A stretch of DNA of 64,000 nucleotides from an uncultured Candidatus Rokubacteria bacterium. Its GTDB lineage: Bacteria > Methylomirabilota > Methylomirabilia > Rokubacteriales > CSP1-6. Shown one piece after another: positions 17,854 to 28,074 of this stretch. How positions within the stretch are numbered: position 1 is the first letter of the stretch; every line of letters starts with the position of its first letter. The translations under genes were made by a program, and so were the position numbers. The notes under the pieces are model-generated. The model saw nothing but the letters and a program-made list of their open reading frames with translations, ran no database searches and was not told the origin of the DNA. The stretch spans positions 52,741-116,740 of the forward strand of contig CAVXJS010000017.1 in assembly GCA_963762145.1 (NCBI GenBank), given 5' to 3'.

Positions 17854-18567
17854 CTACGCGTTCCGCTCCACCGGCACCTGGCGCCCCGGAAACTCGAAGA
17901 GCCGACATTCCCGACGCTCGAGATCCAGGGAGGCGTACGTCCGACGCCGCATGCAGTCGCCGGTGTTGAGGTAGACCCCGCCTCCGCGAAACTCGACGTG
18001 CCGCGCGACGTGAGTGTGGCCGAAGACGACGACATCGTAGCCGCCGCGTACGTGCGCCCGGGCGGCCTCCACGTGCACCGCGCCGCTGTCCTTGACGTAC
18101 ATCTCGTAGTCCATGCGATAGCTGTAGTTGTAGAGCTCTGGGAGCCCCATGCGCTTGAGCCGGTAGGTGAGCCACATGTAGAGCTCGACGAGGCGGATCC
18201 GGAGCGAGCTCTGGTAGGGGGATTCGTTCTCGTGGCCATGGGACAGCAGGATGCGGAAGTCCTTGTCCCCGCGCTCGGTGCGGGACGGAATGCCGCCCGC
18301 GCGCCAGGCCGCCATGTCGTGATTCCCGGTCAGGATCGTGTACCGGCTGGACCGGAAGCGGTCCGTGATGTCGCGGTACTGCCGATCGAAGCGATCGTAT
18401 TCCGCGAGCCCCTTCCAGGGCAGGGCGGGGTAGTAACACTCGAGCACGTCTCCGAGGAGAATGATCTCATCGTGCTCCCGCTCGAGATGGTCCAGGAAGC
18501 CGGCGAGGCCGTCGGGCTGGAATTCCTCGGCGCCGATGTGCAGATCGGAGATGACCGCGATGCGCAT
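17854..18567 (-). CDS. Calcineurin-like metallophosphoesterase (LpxH-like)
   Basis: ISDLHIG, LGD, GNHD, HGH, FGHTH, YLNTGD. Confidence 0.92.
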   Translation of the reverse strand: MRIAVISDLHIGAEEFQPDGLAGFLDHLEREHDEIILLGDVLECYYPALPWKGLAEYDRFDRQYRDITDRFRSSRYTILTGNHDMAAWRAGGIPSRTERGDKDFRILLSHGHENESPYQSSLRIRLVELYMWLTYRLKRMGLPELYNYSYRMDYEMYVKDSGAVHVEAARAHVRGGYDVVVFGHTHVARHVEFRGGGVYLNTGDCMRRRTYASLDLERRECRLFEFPGRQVPVERNA

Positions 18568-18603
18568 GGCGACTACCCGGCCACCGCCTGGAGTCGACCT
18601 CCG

Positions 18604-19917
18604 TTACTTGACGAACGTCAGGCTGCAGGGGCGGGCGTCGTCGTTGCGATTGCCGGCCCCGCGGGTGTCCTCGAAGACGGCGTCGACGCGATAGGCGTAG
18701 GCCGCGCCCTGCGCCCCCTTGACCGCGTTCCGCGAATCGCCCACCGTCCCGCGGGCGTCGAGGCTGGCCTTCCCGTCCGGCTGGATCTTCCCGCTGAGCA
18801 TCAGCGAGCCCGGCTGGCCGGCGTCGCCCAGCTGCGCCACCAGCGCCCCTTCCTTCACCTGTGCGGTCAGCCGTCTCGTATAGGCAGAGGCGGTCCCGTG
18901 GGCCGGGCAGTGGACCGTGACGTTCCAGGCGCCGTCGAAGCGCGTGAGAGCCGGCGCCCGGGGCGGCTGACTCACGCTGGCCAGCCGCTGGCGGGCCAGC
19001 GTGGCGAACGTCCCCTGCGGATATTGCTTGAGGTAGGCCTCGAATCCCGCGGGATCGGGGCTGTCCTTGATCGACATCCAGAACAGGCCCTCGCGATCGG
19101 GCGCCGGCGCGGGTGCCGACACCGCCGCGGTCGTCACGTTGACGGTCACGTTGACGACGAGGTCTCCGGTGAGCGAGGAGGATTCCCACGGTGTCTGGGC
19201 ACCCTTCGACCGGCGGGCGACGTTGATCCGGACCCGCTTGAACACCTCCTCGATCTTGAGGCCGGGCTCGCGCAGCGCCTCCAGCAGCTCCTCGGTGTAG
19301 AGCCCGTTCTTGCCGTCCCCGTCCGCCGCCACCGATCCCGGCGCGGTGGCGTACGCCACCAGCGTGCCCCGCGCCGCGTCGACTGCGGCGAGGCCCCGGG
19401 AGGCGCCACGCATCCGGCGCTCGAAGGGGTTGTTGCGGCAGGCATCGAGCACCACGATGTTGACGCGATTCTTCGCCTCGGCCATCTGCTCGAGCAGCAG
19501 CTCCACGTCGACGGCGGCGACTCGGGTGGAGGCCTCGTCCTCGATGTCGGCGTCGACCGGCACGAGGTAGTTGCGCCCGCGGACCTGCAGCCCGTGGCCC
19601 GCGTAGTAGAAGGCGCCGACGCCGCCCTCGGCGAGGCGACGCCCGAACTCGACGATCGCCGCCTCCATCGTGCGCTTGATGGCGTTCTCGTGGACGAGGA
19701 CGGTGAAGCCGAGCTCCTTGAGCCGCTGGGCCATCGCCCGCACGTCGTTCACCGGGTTGCGCAAGGGAGACTCGCGGTAGGCGCTGTTGCCGATCAGCAG
19801 GGCGAGCCGGGGCTCCTCGCGCGGCGCCTGGGCCGGGACGGACGACGCCAGGGCGAGGATCCCCAGGGCGACGGCGGAGACCGTCCCGAGGCGCCGCCAC
19901 CCGCTCACATTCGGCAT
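18604..19917 (-). CDS. Exported caspase-family (C14) protease with helical linker and C-terminal beta domain
   Basis: Signal peptide; ALLIGNSAY..LRNPVND, YAGHG (His), LDACRNNPF (Cys), YATAPG, QTPW; FEAYLKQYPQGTFA. Confidence 0.92.
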   Translation of the reverse strand: MPNVSGWRRLGTVSAVALGILALASSVPAQAPREEPRLALLIGNSAYRESPLRNPVNDVRAMAQRLKELGFTVLVHENAIKRTMEAAIVEFGRRLAEGGVGAFYYAGHGLQVRGRNYLVPVDADIEDEASTRVAAVDVELLLEQMAEAKNRVNIVVLDACRNNPFERRMRGASRGLAAVDAARGTLVAYATAPGSVAADGDGKNGLYTEELLEALREPGLKIEEVFKRVRINVARRSKGAQTPWESSSLTGDLVVNVTVNVTTAAVSAPAPAPDREGLFWMSIKDSPDPAGFEAYLKQYPQGTFATLARQRLASVSQPPRAPALTRFDGAWNVTVHCPAHGTASAYTRRLTAQVKEGALVAQLGDAGQPGSLMLSGKIQPDGKASLDARGTVGDSRNAVKGAQGAAYAYRVDAVFEDTRGAGNRNDDARPCSLTFVK

Positions 19918-20032
19918 CCGGTCCTCCCCCTCGCGACAAGAAGATGAGCCTGAACGACGATACCATCGCACATTCTCTGCAGGGCGGGTTTTGAACGTGG
20001 CACCAGCAGCGGATCTGCTAGGCTGAGGCCCC

Positions 20033-20782
20033 GTGTTCACGCTCCTGCCCATCGCCGCGCTGGGATTCTTCCTCGGGATCCGTCACGCGACCGACCCGGA
20101 CCACGTGATCGCGGTGAGCACGATCGTGAGCCGCGAGGGCCGCGTCCAGACCGCCGCCCTGATCGGGGTGCTGTGGGGGATCGGCCACACCTGCACGATC
20201 CTGCTGGTGGGGGGCGGCATCGTATTGTTCGAGGTGGTCATCCCGGCGCGGGTGGGTCTCACCATGGAGCTCACGGTGGCCCTCATGCTGGTGTTCCTCG
20301 GTGGAGCCACCGTGATCGGGATCCTCCGGCCGCGGGGGCACCATCACGTCCACGGCGATTACGTCCACGCGCATCCGCACGGACATCCGCGGACCGACCA
20401 CGGCCACGGCGAGCAGGAGACGCCGCTGGCCCGGCTCGACCGGCGATTCGGTCGGCTCGGCCTCTACCACGCGGTGCGCCCGTTCGTGGTGGGCGTGGTG
20501 CACGGGCTCGCGGGGTCCGCCGCGGTGGCCCTGCTGGTGGTCGCGACCATTCACGACGCGGTACTCTCCCTGGCCTATCTGCTCGTGTTCGGCGTCGGGA
20601 CGATCGTGGGCATGATGCTGATCACGGTGGCGATCGCGCTCCCCTTCGCCTACACCGCCCGGCGACTGCTCGGCGTGAACCGATCGCTGGCCCTCGCGGC
20701 CGGGCTGCTCAGCGTCGCCTTCGGGCTCTTCCTCACGTACCAGATCGGCTTCGTGGACGGCCTCTTCACGGGTCGGGGGTGA
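20033..20782 (+). CDS. NiCoT/UreH-like nickel/cobalt transporter
   Basis: GIRHATDPDH, WGIGH, His-rich loop, GVVHGLAGSAA, FGVGTIVGM. Confidence 0.9.
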   Translation: MFTLLPIAALGFFLGIRHATDPDHVIAVSTIVSREGRVQTAALIGVLWGIGHTCTILLVGGGIVLFEVVIPARVGLTMELTVALMLVFLGGATVIGILRPRGHHHVHGDYVHAHPHGHPRTDHGHGEQETPLARLDRRFGRLGLYHAVRPFVVGVVHGLAGSAAVALLVVATIHDAVLSLAYLLVFGVGTIVGMMLITVAIALPFAYTARRLLGVNRSLALAAGLLSVAFGLFLTYQIGFVDGLFTGRG

Positions 20783-20868
20783 AGCGTCCGGACAAGGACC
20801 GCGGGCCTTCCGAATTTGCTATGCTCCGGCCGCGGGCGTGGCGACAGAGCTCGCGGAGGAGGATCTGC

Positions 20869-21609
20869 GTGGGGAATCCAGAAGGTCTCGATCGCCGAGC
20901 GTTCATCCGGGCCGCGGGAGTGGCGGGCGCCGGCGCGCTGGTAGGCGCGGTGCTCCCGGCCCGCATCGCCTGGGCCGCCTCGCTGACCAAGGCGGAGCGC
21001 GACCGGATGACGCCGGACGACGTCATCCAGCTCATGAAGAAGGGCAACGAGCGCTTCCGGACCGGGCAGAGGACGACGCAGGACTTCCTGGCGCAGCAGA
21101 GAGCGAGTGCGAAGGGGCAGTATCCGGCCGCGGTGCTCCTGAGCTGCATCGATTCCCGGGCGTCCGCGGAGACGATCCTGGATCTCGGCATCGGCGACGT
21201 GTTCAACACGCGCGTGGCCGGCAACGTCGTCAACGACGACGTCCTGGGGAGCCTGGAGTTCGCCTGCAAGGTATCCGGCGCGAAGGTCGTGCTGGTGATG
21301 GGCCACACCGCGTGCGGCGCGATCAAGGGCGCCATCGATCGGGTCCAGCTCGGCAACCTCACCGGTCTGCTCGCGAAGATCCAGCCGGCGGTGGACGCCA
21401 CCCCGTATCAAGGCGAGCGCTCCGCGAAGAACTACACCTTCGTGGACGCGGTCGCCCGGAAGAATGTCGAGCTCGCCATGGCCGAGATCCACAGCCGTAG
21501 CGCGGTGATCGCCGAGCTCGAGACCAAGGGCGTGGTCAAGATCGCCGGGGCGATGTACAACCTGGAGTCGGCGGTGGTCGACTTCCTGCGCCCGGCCTCC
21601 GGACGATAG
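20869..21609 (+). CDS. Tat-exported beta-carbonic anhydrase
   Basis: DRRAFIR Tat motif; GNERF, CIDSR, RVAGN, GHTACGA; SD GGAGGAGGA before the GTG. Confidence 0.93.
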   Translation: MGNPEGLDRRAFIRAAGVAGAGALVGAVLPARIAWAASLTKAERDRMTPDDVIQLMKKGNERFRTGQRTTQDFLAQQRASAKGQYPAAVLLSCIDSRASAETILDLGIGDVFNTRVAGNVVNDDVLGSLEFACKVSGAKVVLVMGHTACGAIKGAIDRVQLGNLTGLLAKIQPAVDATPYQGERSAKNYTFVDAVARKNVELAMAEIHSRSAVIAELETKGVVKIAGAMYNLESAVVDFLRPASGR

Positions 21610-21615
21610 CGCCTC

Positions 21616-21993
21616 CTATTTTTGTATCGCGAAGTCTTCCAGCTCGAAGATCTGCCGGATCTCGATCACGTCTCCGTCACTCGCCGGGCACCGCTGCGCC
21701 CACTTCATGACCTCTTCCTTCGACTTCGCCTCGACCAGCCAATAGCCACCGAGCACTTCCTTTGTCTCGATGAAGGGGCCGTCGGTCACGGTTGGCTTTC
21801 CCTTTGCGAAGGATACCCGGGCGCCCGTCGTGACCGGGTGGAGGCCGTTCAACGACAATATCTTGACGGACTTGGCCATTTCATCGTTGAAGCGGCCCAT
21901 CTCGGCCACCTTCTCGGGATCGGGCACAAACCCGGGATCCACCTTCTTGCCGCCCTGGTAAACGGCTGGAATCATCAGCATCATGAATTTCAT
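21616..21993 (-). CDS. YciI/DGPF family protein
   Basis: VTDGPFIETKEVLGGYW, WAQRCP, IEIRQIFE. Confidence 0.93.
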   Translation of the reverse strand: MKFMMLMIPAVYQGGKKVDPGFVPDPEKVAEMGRFNDEMAKSVKILSLNGLHPVTTGARVSFAKGKPTVTDGPFIETKEVLGGYWLVEAKSKEEVMKWAQRCPASDGDVIEIRQIFELEDFAIQK

Positions 21994-22059
21994 CGTATGT
22001 CTCCTTGGTCGCAATTGATCCTTCACTCATGTCGGCACCCCCAGCGTTCGACATTCGCG

Positions 22060-23067
22060 TCAAACGTATGGCAGGACGCGGTCGCCGAAGAGCCGGATCG
22101 CCTCCATGATCTTGTCGTGGGGCGGCCCACCCGAATGGGCGTGGCGGAGCCGGAGCAAGAACGTGCTCGCGCCGGTGGCCTTCTGCCAGCGCTGGAATTC
22201 CCGGATGCAGGTGTCGGGGTCCCCCAGGATCAGGCGATCCGGGGCGAGAGTGTCCAGGGTGAACTCCGAGTCGGCGGAGAGGTTGCGGAACTCGGCCAGG
22301 CGATTCTCCCAGTAGTAGCGGTAGGCGGTCATCACGTGCGGGCCGTAGACGGCGTCGGCCTCGGCGCGCGAGCGAGCGACCCACGCATCCCGCATCTGGA
22401 CGACCTCGGCCGGCCGGCGGGCCTCGCGCGCGGCTTCCTTGTAGACGTCGGCGAGACGCGTCGCGTTCGCCAGACCGGTGCTGGGCGTGCCGACGAAGCC
22501 GTCGGCGATCCGGCCGGCCCGGCGGGCGGCCGCGTCGATGCTGGCGCCGATCCACAGTGGCGGCCCCGACTTCTGGTAGGGACGGGGACGGATCTGGACG
22601 TCCTCGAGCGTGTAGTGCTTGCCGTGGAACGAGAACGGCTCGCCCGCCCAGCAGCGGCGCAGGATCTCGATGCTCTCCTCGAACCGCCCGGCGCGGTCCT
22701 CCATGGGGACGGAGAACGCGCGGAAGTCGGCGGGCTGATAGCCGATGCCCACGCCCAGGATGACCCGCCCCTTGGAGACGAGGTCGAGCGTGATGACGTC
22801 CTCGGCCACGTGCACCGGATGATGGAGCGGCAGCAGGATCACCGAGGTGCCGACCCGCAGCCGCGTCGTGCGGGCGGCCACCGCGGTGGCCACGATCAGC
22901 GGCGAGGGGAGGAACCCGTCCTGGTCCTGGTGGTGCTCGCCGAAGAAGCAGGAGTCGAAGCCGCTGGCCTCGGCCAGCTGGGCCTCGGCGATGACCTCGT
23001 CGATGCAGCGATCGAGCTGCTCGCCCCGCGGCGGATTGGCGATCGAGCTGTAGAGGCCGAATTTCAT
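22060..23067 (-). CDS. LLM class flavin-dependent oxidoreductase
   Basis: GFDSCFFGEHH, PLHHPVHVAED..TLD.VSKGR..LGVG.GY. Confidence 0.93.
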   Translation of the reverse strand: MKFGLYSSIANPPRGEQLDRCIDEVIAEAQLAEASGFDSCFFGEHHQDQDGFLPSPLIVATAVAARTTRLRVGTSVILLPLHHPVHVAEDVITLDLVSKGRVILGVGIGYQPADFRAFSVPMEDRAGRFEESIEILRRCWAGEPFSFHGKHYTLEDVQIRPRPYQKSGPPLWIGASIDAAARRAGRIADGFVGTPSTGLANATRLADVYKEAAREARRPAEVVQMRDAWVARSRAEADAVYGPHVMTAYRYYWENRLAEFRNLSADSEFTLDTLAPDRLILGDPDTCIREFQRWQKATGASTFLLRLRHAHSGGPPHDKIMEAIRLFGDRVLPYV

Positions 23068-23075
23068 GGCGCCGC

Positions 23076-24728
23076 TCAGGCCGCGACCTTCATGCGGCAG
23101 AAGCAGGAGGCCTTCACCGGCACCTCCGACCGGGCCTGCGCCAGGTCGAGGCGCTGCTTGATCAGGGCGGCCTCCACCGTCTCGCCGCGCCGGGTCAGGC
23201 ATTCGTGCAGGCCGTGCAGGCTCCAGAGGTTGTCGGGATGCTGGCAGGCGCGGCTGAGCTTGCCGTCGAGGCCGAGATCCGAGCGGTAGATCGCCTCGGC
23301 CTCGGCGACCCGGTCCTGCTCCAGCAAGAGCGCGCCGAGCGCGTGGCGGGTCGGCTGCATCCAGCCCCACGGCTCGTCGTAGGGCAGCGCGTCGTCGAGC
23401 TCGACCGAGCGGCGCAGATGGGCGAAAGCGACCTCGTGGTTTCCGCGCCGGTACTCCAGCTCGCCGTTCAGCATCTCCTCGGCCACCGCCAGCAGGTCCC
23501 GGACGGTATTGTTGTGCACCCGCCGGCTCTCCGGCACCCGCCGCTTCGCCTCGATGAACGCCGCCTTGGCCGTCTCGGCCTGGGCGATGTGGCCGAGCGC
23601 CGAATGGGCCACCGCCTGGGCGTAGAGCATCATCGCGACGGTCGAGCAGTAGAGCTCGCGGTCACGCGGCAGCTCCTGGGCGATGATCTCCTGCCACTTC
23701 CCGAAGCGCACCAGCACGTGCTGCTTCACCGACAGATAGCCCTCGACGAAATCGGCCATCGGCGGCGAGGGGATGCGCAGGAGCGCCTCCGGCGTGGTGT
23801 CGATCAGCTCCTGCGCCGCCTCCATGGCCGCCCCGTACTGGCCGAGGAACATGGCCCCGTAGACCGCGAAGTGGTAGTCGTGCGTGCGGTAGAGCGCGTA
23901 GACGTTCAGCGCCCCCTCGCGGGCCAGGAACTTGCGGTCGACCGCGATCGCCTTCTGGTTGTAGACCAGCACGTCGCGGTAGTGGCCGCAGAGCACGTCG
24001 ATGTGGGTCGGCATGTGGATCAGGTGCCCGGCATCCGGCACCAGATCGCGCAGCCGGTCGCCCGCCCGCAGCGCGCGCTGCGGGAAGGGCGACATCTCCA
24101 TCAGGTGAACGTAGAGATGCAGGAGCCCCGGGTGGCTCCACGAGGCGGGGATGTCGCGGAAGGCGCTCTCCAGCGCCTCGACCGCTTCCGCCGTGCCGGC
24201 ACCGTCGGCGATGCCCCCGGTCTTGAGGTTCCACATCTGCCAGGGCGTCAGGTTCATGATCGACTCGACGAAGACGTGGCGCACCTCGAGATCGTCGTGG
24301 TTGGCCCGGAACACCTCGCGCATGGCCTCCGCATAGGCGGCGTCCCACGGCGCCTGGTCCTCGATGGCCTCGCGCTGCGGATAGCGCGCGGGCAGGGCGC
24401 GGATCAGCGCCCGCTCGACCGGGCTGGCCCCGTCCGCATGGGCGAGCGCGCCCTGCATCGCGTCGTAGGCAGCGGCGAGCGCGGCGGCCTTGCCGGCCGG
24501 ATCGTAGCGGTACCAGGGCAGGTTGTAGTTCGGCCCGGCCGCATAGGAGATGCCCCAGTAGGCCATGGCGCAGTCGGGGTCGAGCGCCAGGACCTTCTCG
24601 AAGCAGGCGATCGCCTCGGCGTGGTTGAAGCCGAAGAGCCAGTTGAGGCCCCGGTCGAACCAGAGCTGGGCGTCGGGCACGGCGGTCGTGACCTTGCGGG
24701 TGTACGAGCCGAGGTCGTAGTAGTCCAT
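23076..24728 (-). CDS. TPR-like all-helical protein with conserved His cluster
   Basis: FNHAEA..F..DPDCAMAYWG...GPNYN; HPGLLHLYVHLME; GHLIHMPTHID; YDEPWGW.QP.RH. Confidence 0.88.
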   Translation of the reverse strand: MDYYDLGSYTRKVTTAVPDAQLWFDRGLNWLFGFNHAEAIACFEKVLALDPDCAMAYWGISYAAGPNYNLPWYRYDPAGKAAALAAAYDAMQGALAHADGASPVERALIRALPARYPQREAIEDQAPWDAAYAEAMREVFRANHDDLEVRHVFVESIMNLTPWQMWNLKTGGIADGAGTAEAVEALESAFRDIPASWSHPGLLHLYVHLMEMSPFPQRALRAGDRLRDLVPDAGHLIHMPTHIDVLCGHYRDVLVYNQKAIAVDRKFLAREGALNVYALYRTHDYHFAVYGAMFLGQYGAAMEAAQELIDTTPEALLRIPSPPMADFVEGYLSVKQHVLVRFGKWQEIIAQELPRDRELYCSTVAMMLYAQAVAHSALGHIAQAETAKAAFIEAKRRVPESRRVHNNTVRDLLAVAEEMLNGELEYRRGNHEVAFAHLRRSVELDDALPYDEPWGWMQPTRHALGALLLEQDRVAEAEAIYRSDLGLDGKLSRACQHPDNLWSLHGLHECLTRRGETVEAALIKQRLDLAQARSEVPVKASCFCRMKVAA

Positions 24729-25025
24729 GTGATCCTCCATGACGGCGGAGTGGCGGCGACGATCCGACTCAATGGGGTCTTCCGGCCCGGCCGATTATGC
24801 CACGAGGACGGCGGCAGGCGTACCGGGCGCCCTCACGACGCAGGCATCGCGAGGCAGCATAGGCAGGTGCATTCTTCTCGCACCCGCGTCGAACCTCGTG
24901 TCGATCCAGGGCAGATCTGGGCTACAGAAGAATTCCGCCAGCAGCTCTTCCAAAGGCCGTCACTCTGGCGAACCAACTCTGGTACCCGGACCAGGGGACG
25001 GTTGTCCCCGAGGGCACGTTCGTCC

Positions 25026-26690
25026 CTAACGGTCGAGCCAGACGGCCATCATCCGCCCACCGTAGTCGAAGCCGTTGTTGGGCCCGTAGTTCTTCACGTA
25101 AGGTTCCCACGCCGACACGACTCTCTGCGAGGCGTCGTAGAGATAGTAGGCGTGGTGTGCCGCGTGGCGCTGGATGTCGAAGATGAGGTCGCGGCGTTTC
25201 TTCTCGTCGAAGGTGCGCCGCTGGAGCCGGAGCATCTCGGTGAGCTTGGGGTCGTCGACACCCGCGGCGTTGAGCGGCTGGCCCGGCATGAAGGTCCGGT
25301 AGAGGTAAGCGTCCGGGTCGATCCAGGCTCCCCGCAGGCCGAACATCATCTTGTCGAACTTGCCGTAGATCGTGCTGGAGATGTAGGCGCCGTACTCCTT
25401 GAGCTTGAGATCGGTGTCCATCCCCGCCGCCTTGTAGTTCTTGAGGGCGATGCTCATGCGGTCCACGTAATCCGGACCGTAGCCGGCCGTGCTCTCGCAG
25501 GACACCTTGAACCCGCTGGGAAGGCCGGCCTGGGCGAGGAGGCGCTTGGCGGCCGGGATGTCCTGCTCGTAGAGCTCGCGCCCTTCGGGGGTCAGCTCGG
25601 CAACCGGGATAGACCACTCCGCCGAGGCCGCGGGGACCGCCATGTTGGGGGCGCCCTGGCCGAGGGCGTGCGGGCTCGACTCGAGGAACTCCCGCCAGTT
25701 GCTCGCGCGCCCCATGGCCCGGCGCACGCGAACATCCTTGAAGGGCTCCTGGTCCAGCTTGACCGCCGTGTAGCCTCCGGTGAACCAGACGTACTCCGCG
25801 GTCTGGAGCCCGGTCTTGCGAGGCCGGGCGATGTCGAGATCGGTACGCCGGACGACCTGCTGGTACTCGGGCCCGAAGTCGTATTTTCCCGACAGCCACC
25901 CGGAGAAACGAGAAGCCGGGTCGGCATCGATGGTGAGATCCACTCCGTCCACGTGCGGCAGGCCCGCCACGAAATAGTGGGGGTGGCGGACGAAGGTCAT
26001 GCGCACGTTAGGTTCGTGGCGCTCGAGCATGAACGGTCCGGTGCCGATCGCCGCCTCCGCCTTCCTGAGATCGCCGAACTTCTCCACCGCCTCCCTCGCG
26101 ATGATCCACGTGGAGGTGGCGGCGAGGGCGTCCATGAACCACGCGAAGGGCTCGGACAGGGTGAACTTCACGGTGTAGCGATCCACCGCCTCGATGCGGT
26201 CCACCATCTCGAGCACGGGACGGTTGCCATTCCCCTTGATGGTGAGGAAGCGCTCGTACGTGTACTTGACGTCCTCGGCCGTGAGCTCCCGACCATTGAC
26301 GGGCGGCTTCGGGTGCCAGCGGACGCCCTTCCTGAGCTTGAAGACGTAGGTGGTGTCGCTGGGCTGAGTCCAGGACTCGGCCAGGTCCGTCTCCACCGGA
26401 TAGGTGCCGGGCTTCACCATTGGGCCCGCCTTGACCTTCATGAGGCGACTGTAGATGAAGGAGAGGGGGATCATGGTCGCGAAGGAGATGGTCTGATGCG
26501 GGTCTAGCCCGACCGGATCGAGCTGGTGGGCAAGGCGAAGGACGCCCCCTCGCTTGGGCATCTGGGCGACGGCCGAGCGCGGGGCCGCAAGATCCGTGAC
26601 CGCGATGACGCCTCCTGCCGCGACCGCGGTGGCGCCGAGCTTGAGAAGATCACGGCGAGTGGGGGCGGTGGAGTCAGGGGACCTGTCCAT
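25026..26690 (-). CDS. Tat-exported ABC substrate-binding protein, family 5 (orphan)
   Basis: TRRDLLK Tat motif; PKRGGVL, DLAESW, KLRKGVRWH..PPVNGRELTAEDVKY, GTGPF, DVRVRRA. Confidence 0.93.
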   Translation of the reverse strand: MDRSPDSTAPTRRDLLKLGATAVAAGGVIAVTDLAAPRSAVAQMPKRGGVLRLAHQLDPVGLDPHQTISFATMIPLSFIYSRLMKVKAGPMVKPGTYPVETDLAESWTQPSDTTYVFKLRKGVRWHPKPPVNGRELTAEDVKYTYERFLTIKGNGNRPVLEMVDRIEAVDRYTVKFTLSEPFAWFMDALAATSTWIIAREAVEKFGDLRKAEAAIGTGPFMLERHEPNVRMTFVRHPHYFVAGLPHVDGVDLTIDADPASRFSGWLSGKYDFGPEYQQVVRRTDLDIARPRKTGLQTAEYVWFTGGYTAVKLDQEPFKDVRVRRAMGRASNWREFLESSPHALGQGAPNMAVPAASAEWSIPVAELTPEGRELYEQDIPAAKRLLAQAGLPSGFKVSCESTAGYGPDYVDRMSIALKNYKAAGMDTDLKLKEYGAYISSTIYGKFDKMMFGLRGAWIDPDAYLYRTFMPGQPLNAAGVDDPKLTEMLRLQRRTFDEKKRRDLIFDIQRHAAHHAYYLYDASQRVVSAWEPYVKNYGPNNGFDYGGRMMAVWLDR

Positions 26691-26850
26691 GGAGGCCTCC
26701 TTGTCTGGTTCGGGCGGTTCTCGGCGAGGTCTTGTCGGGGTCGTCGCTCCTCCGTGCCCTTCGGCTCGGCACGTGGGAATCGGGGCTGAGATTGCGGACA
26801 CTCTGGGACGGGGCCCCGTCAATGTCAAGGGCACGCCCCGCGCGGTCCGT

Positions 26851-26905
26851 TTGACAAGCCGAGGGTCCGTCCCCTAACGTTGACCCAGCCAAACGCTTAG
26901 TCAAC
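26851..26905 (+). promoter_or_regulatory. Sigma-70-type promoter with overlapping palindromic operator
   Basis: TTGACA(26851)-N18-TAACGT; GTTGAC-N15-GTCAAC (26879-26905) with inner AGC/GCT symmetry over the predicted start site. Confidence 0.55.
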
Positions 26906-26945
26906 AGGTTGGCAGCGTACCGGAGTGGCAGCAGAGGAGCCGACG

Positions 26946-28074
26946 ATGGCTAAACCGATCATATCCGCCGACTCGCACATCACGGAGCCGCCGGACACGT
27001 ACACGGCCCGGATCGAGCGGCGCTTCAAGGACCGCGCGCCCCACGTCGTCCGCGACCCGAAGCGCGGGGACCTCTTCGTCATCGAGGGCATCGACAAGCC
27101 GATCCCGATGGGCCTGGTCGCCGCCGCCGGCAAGCCGGCGGAGGAGCTGACGAAGTTCGGCGCGCGCTTCGAGGACATGCACCGCGGCGGCTGGGACCCG
27201 GAGGCGCGCCTCGCGGACCAGGAGCGGGACGGCGTCGCGGCCGAGGTGCTCTACCCGACGGTCGGCATGATGCTGTGCAACCATCCCGACGTCGAGTTCA
27301 AGCAGGCGTGCTTCGACGCCTACAACCTGTGGATCGCCGAGTACTGCGCCACGCATCCGGACCGGCTCATCGGGGTCGGGCCAGACCGCGGTGCGCTCGG
27401 TCGCCGACGGCATCCGCGACCTCGAGCGGATGAAGGCCCTCGGGCTCCGGGGCGTCATGATGCCCGGCAATCCCGGCGTGGCCGACTACGACGACCCGAT
27501 GTACGACCCGCTCTGGGAGGCGGCGGTGGATCTGGCCTGCCCGCTGAGCTTCCACATTCTCACGAGCCAGCAGCGACACGTTCCGGGTGCGCGGGTCCGA
27601 AGATCAACGCGTTCATGTCGATCATCCGCGGCTGCCAGGACATCATCGGCACGTTCATCTTCAGCGGCGTGTTCGAGCGCCAGCCGAGACTCCGGCTGGT
27701 GTGCGTCGAGGCCGACGCGGGCTGGGTACCCCACTTCATGTACCGCATGGACCACGCGTGGGAGCGTCACCGCTACTGGCTGACCGGAGGGCCGCTCACC
27801 CGGCTGCCGAGCGAGTACTTCCGCGAGCACATCTACGCCACGTTCCAGGACGACTGGGTGGCCTTCCAGGTGAAGGACCTCTGCAATATCCGCCGGCTCA
27901 TGTGGGCGAACGACTTCCCGCACAGCGATTCCACGTGGCCGAATTCGCAGGCGGTGCTCGCGAAGCAGGCCGGCGCACCTCACCGAGGCGGAGCGCGACC
28001 TCATCCTCCACGACAACGTGGCCGAGCTCTACGGGCTCGGCGTCGGCGCGCCGACGGGCGGAGGCGCCTCGTGA
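26946..28074 (+). CDS. Amidohydrolase_2 family protein (frameshifts near 27380, 27575 and 27970)
   Basis: ISADSHITEP, DGVAAEVLYPT, PLSFHIL (shifted frame), VEADAGW, MWANDFPHSDSTWP, ILHDNVAELY. Confidence 0.9.

Noticed and set aside
20173-21609. 478-aa extended carbonic anhydrase; similar extensions of ORFs 44654..47011, 49195..51591 and 9787..11622
   Set aside because: The extensions overlap other real genes; internal starts with SD or signal peptides explain the true proteins.
24740-25025. Possible ncRNA or riboswitch in the longer intergenic gaps (also 17630-17850)
   Set aside because: No recognisable tRNA or riboswitch consensus by eye; an Infernal/Rfam scan would be needed to exclude one.
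23205-26507. Very long antisense ORFs (also 50932..53853, 56058..58334, 17812..19947, 35130..37310 upstream part)
   Set aside because: Shadow frames of GC-rich genes on the opposite strand; no motifs and atypical composition.
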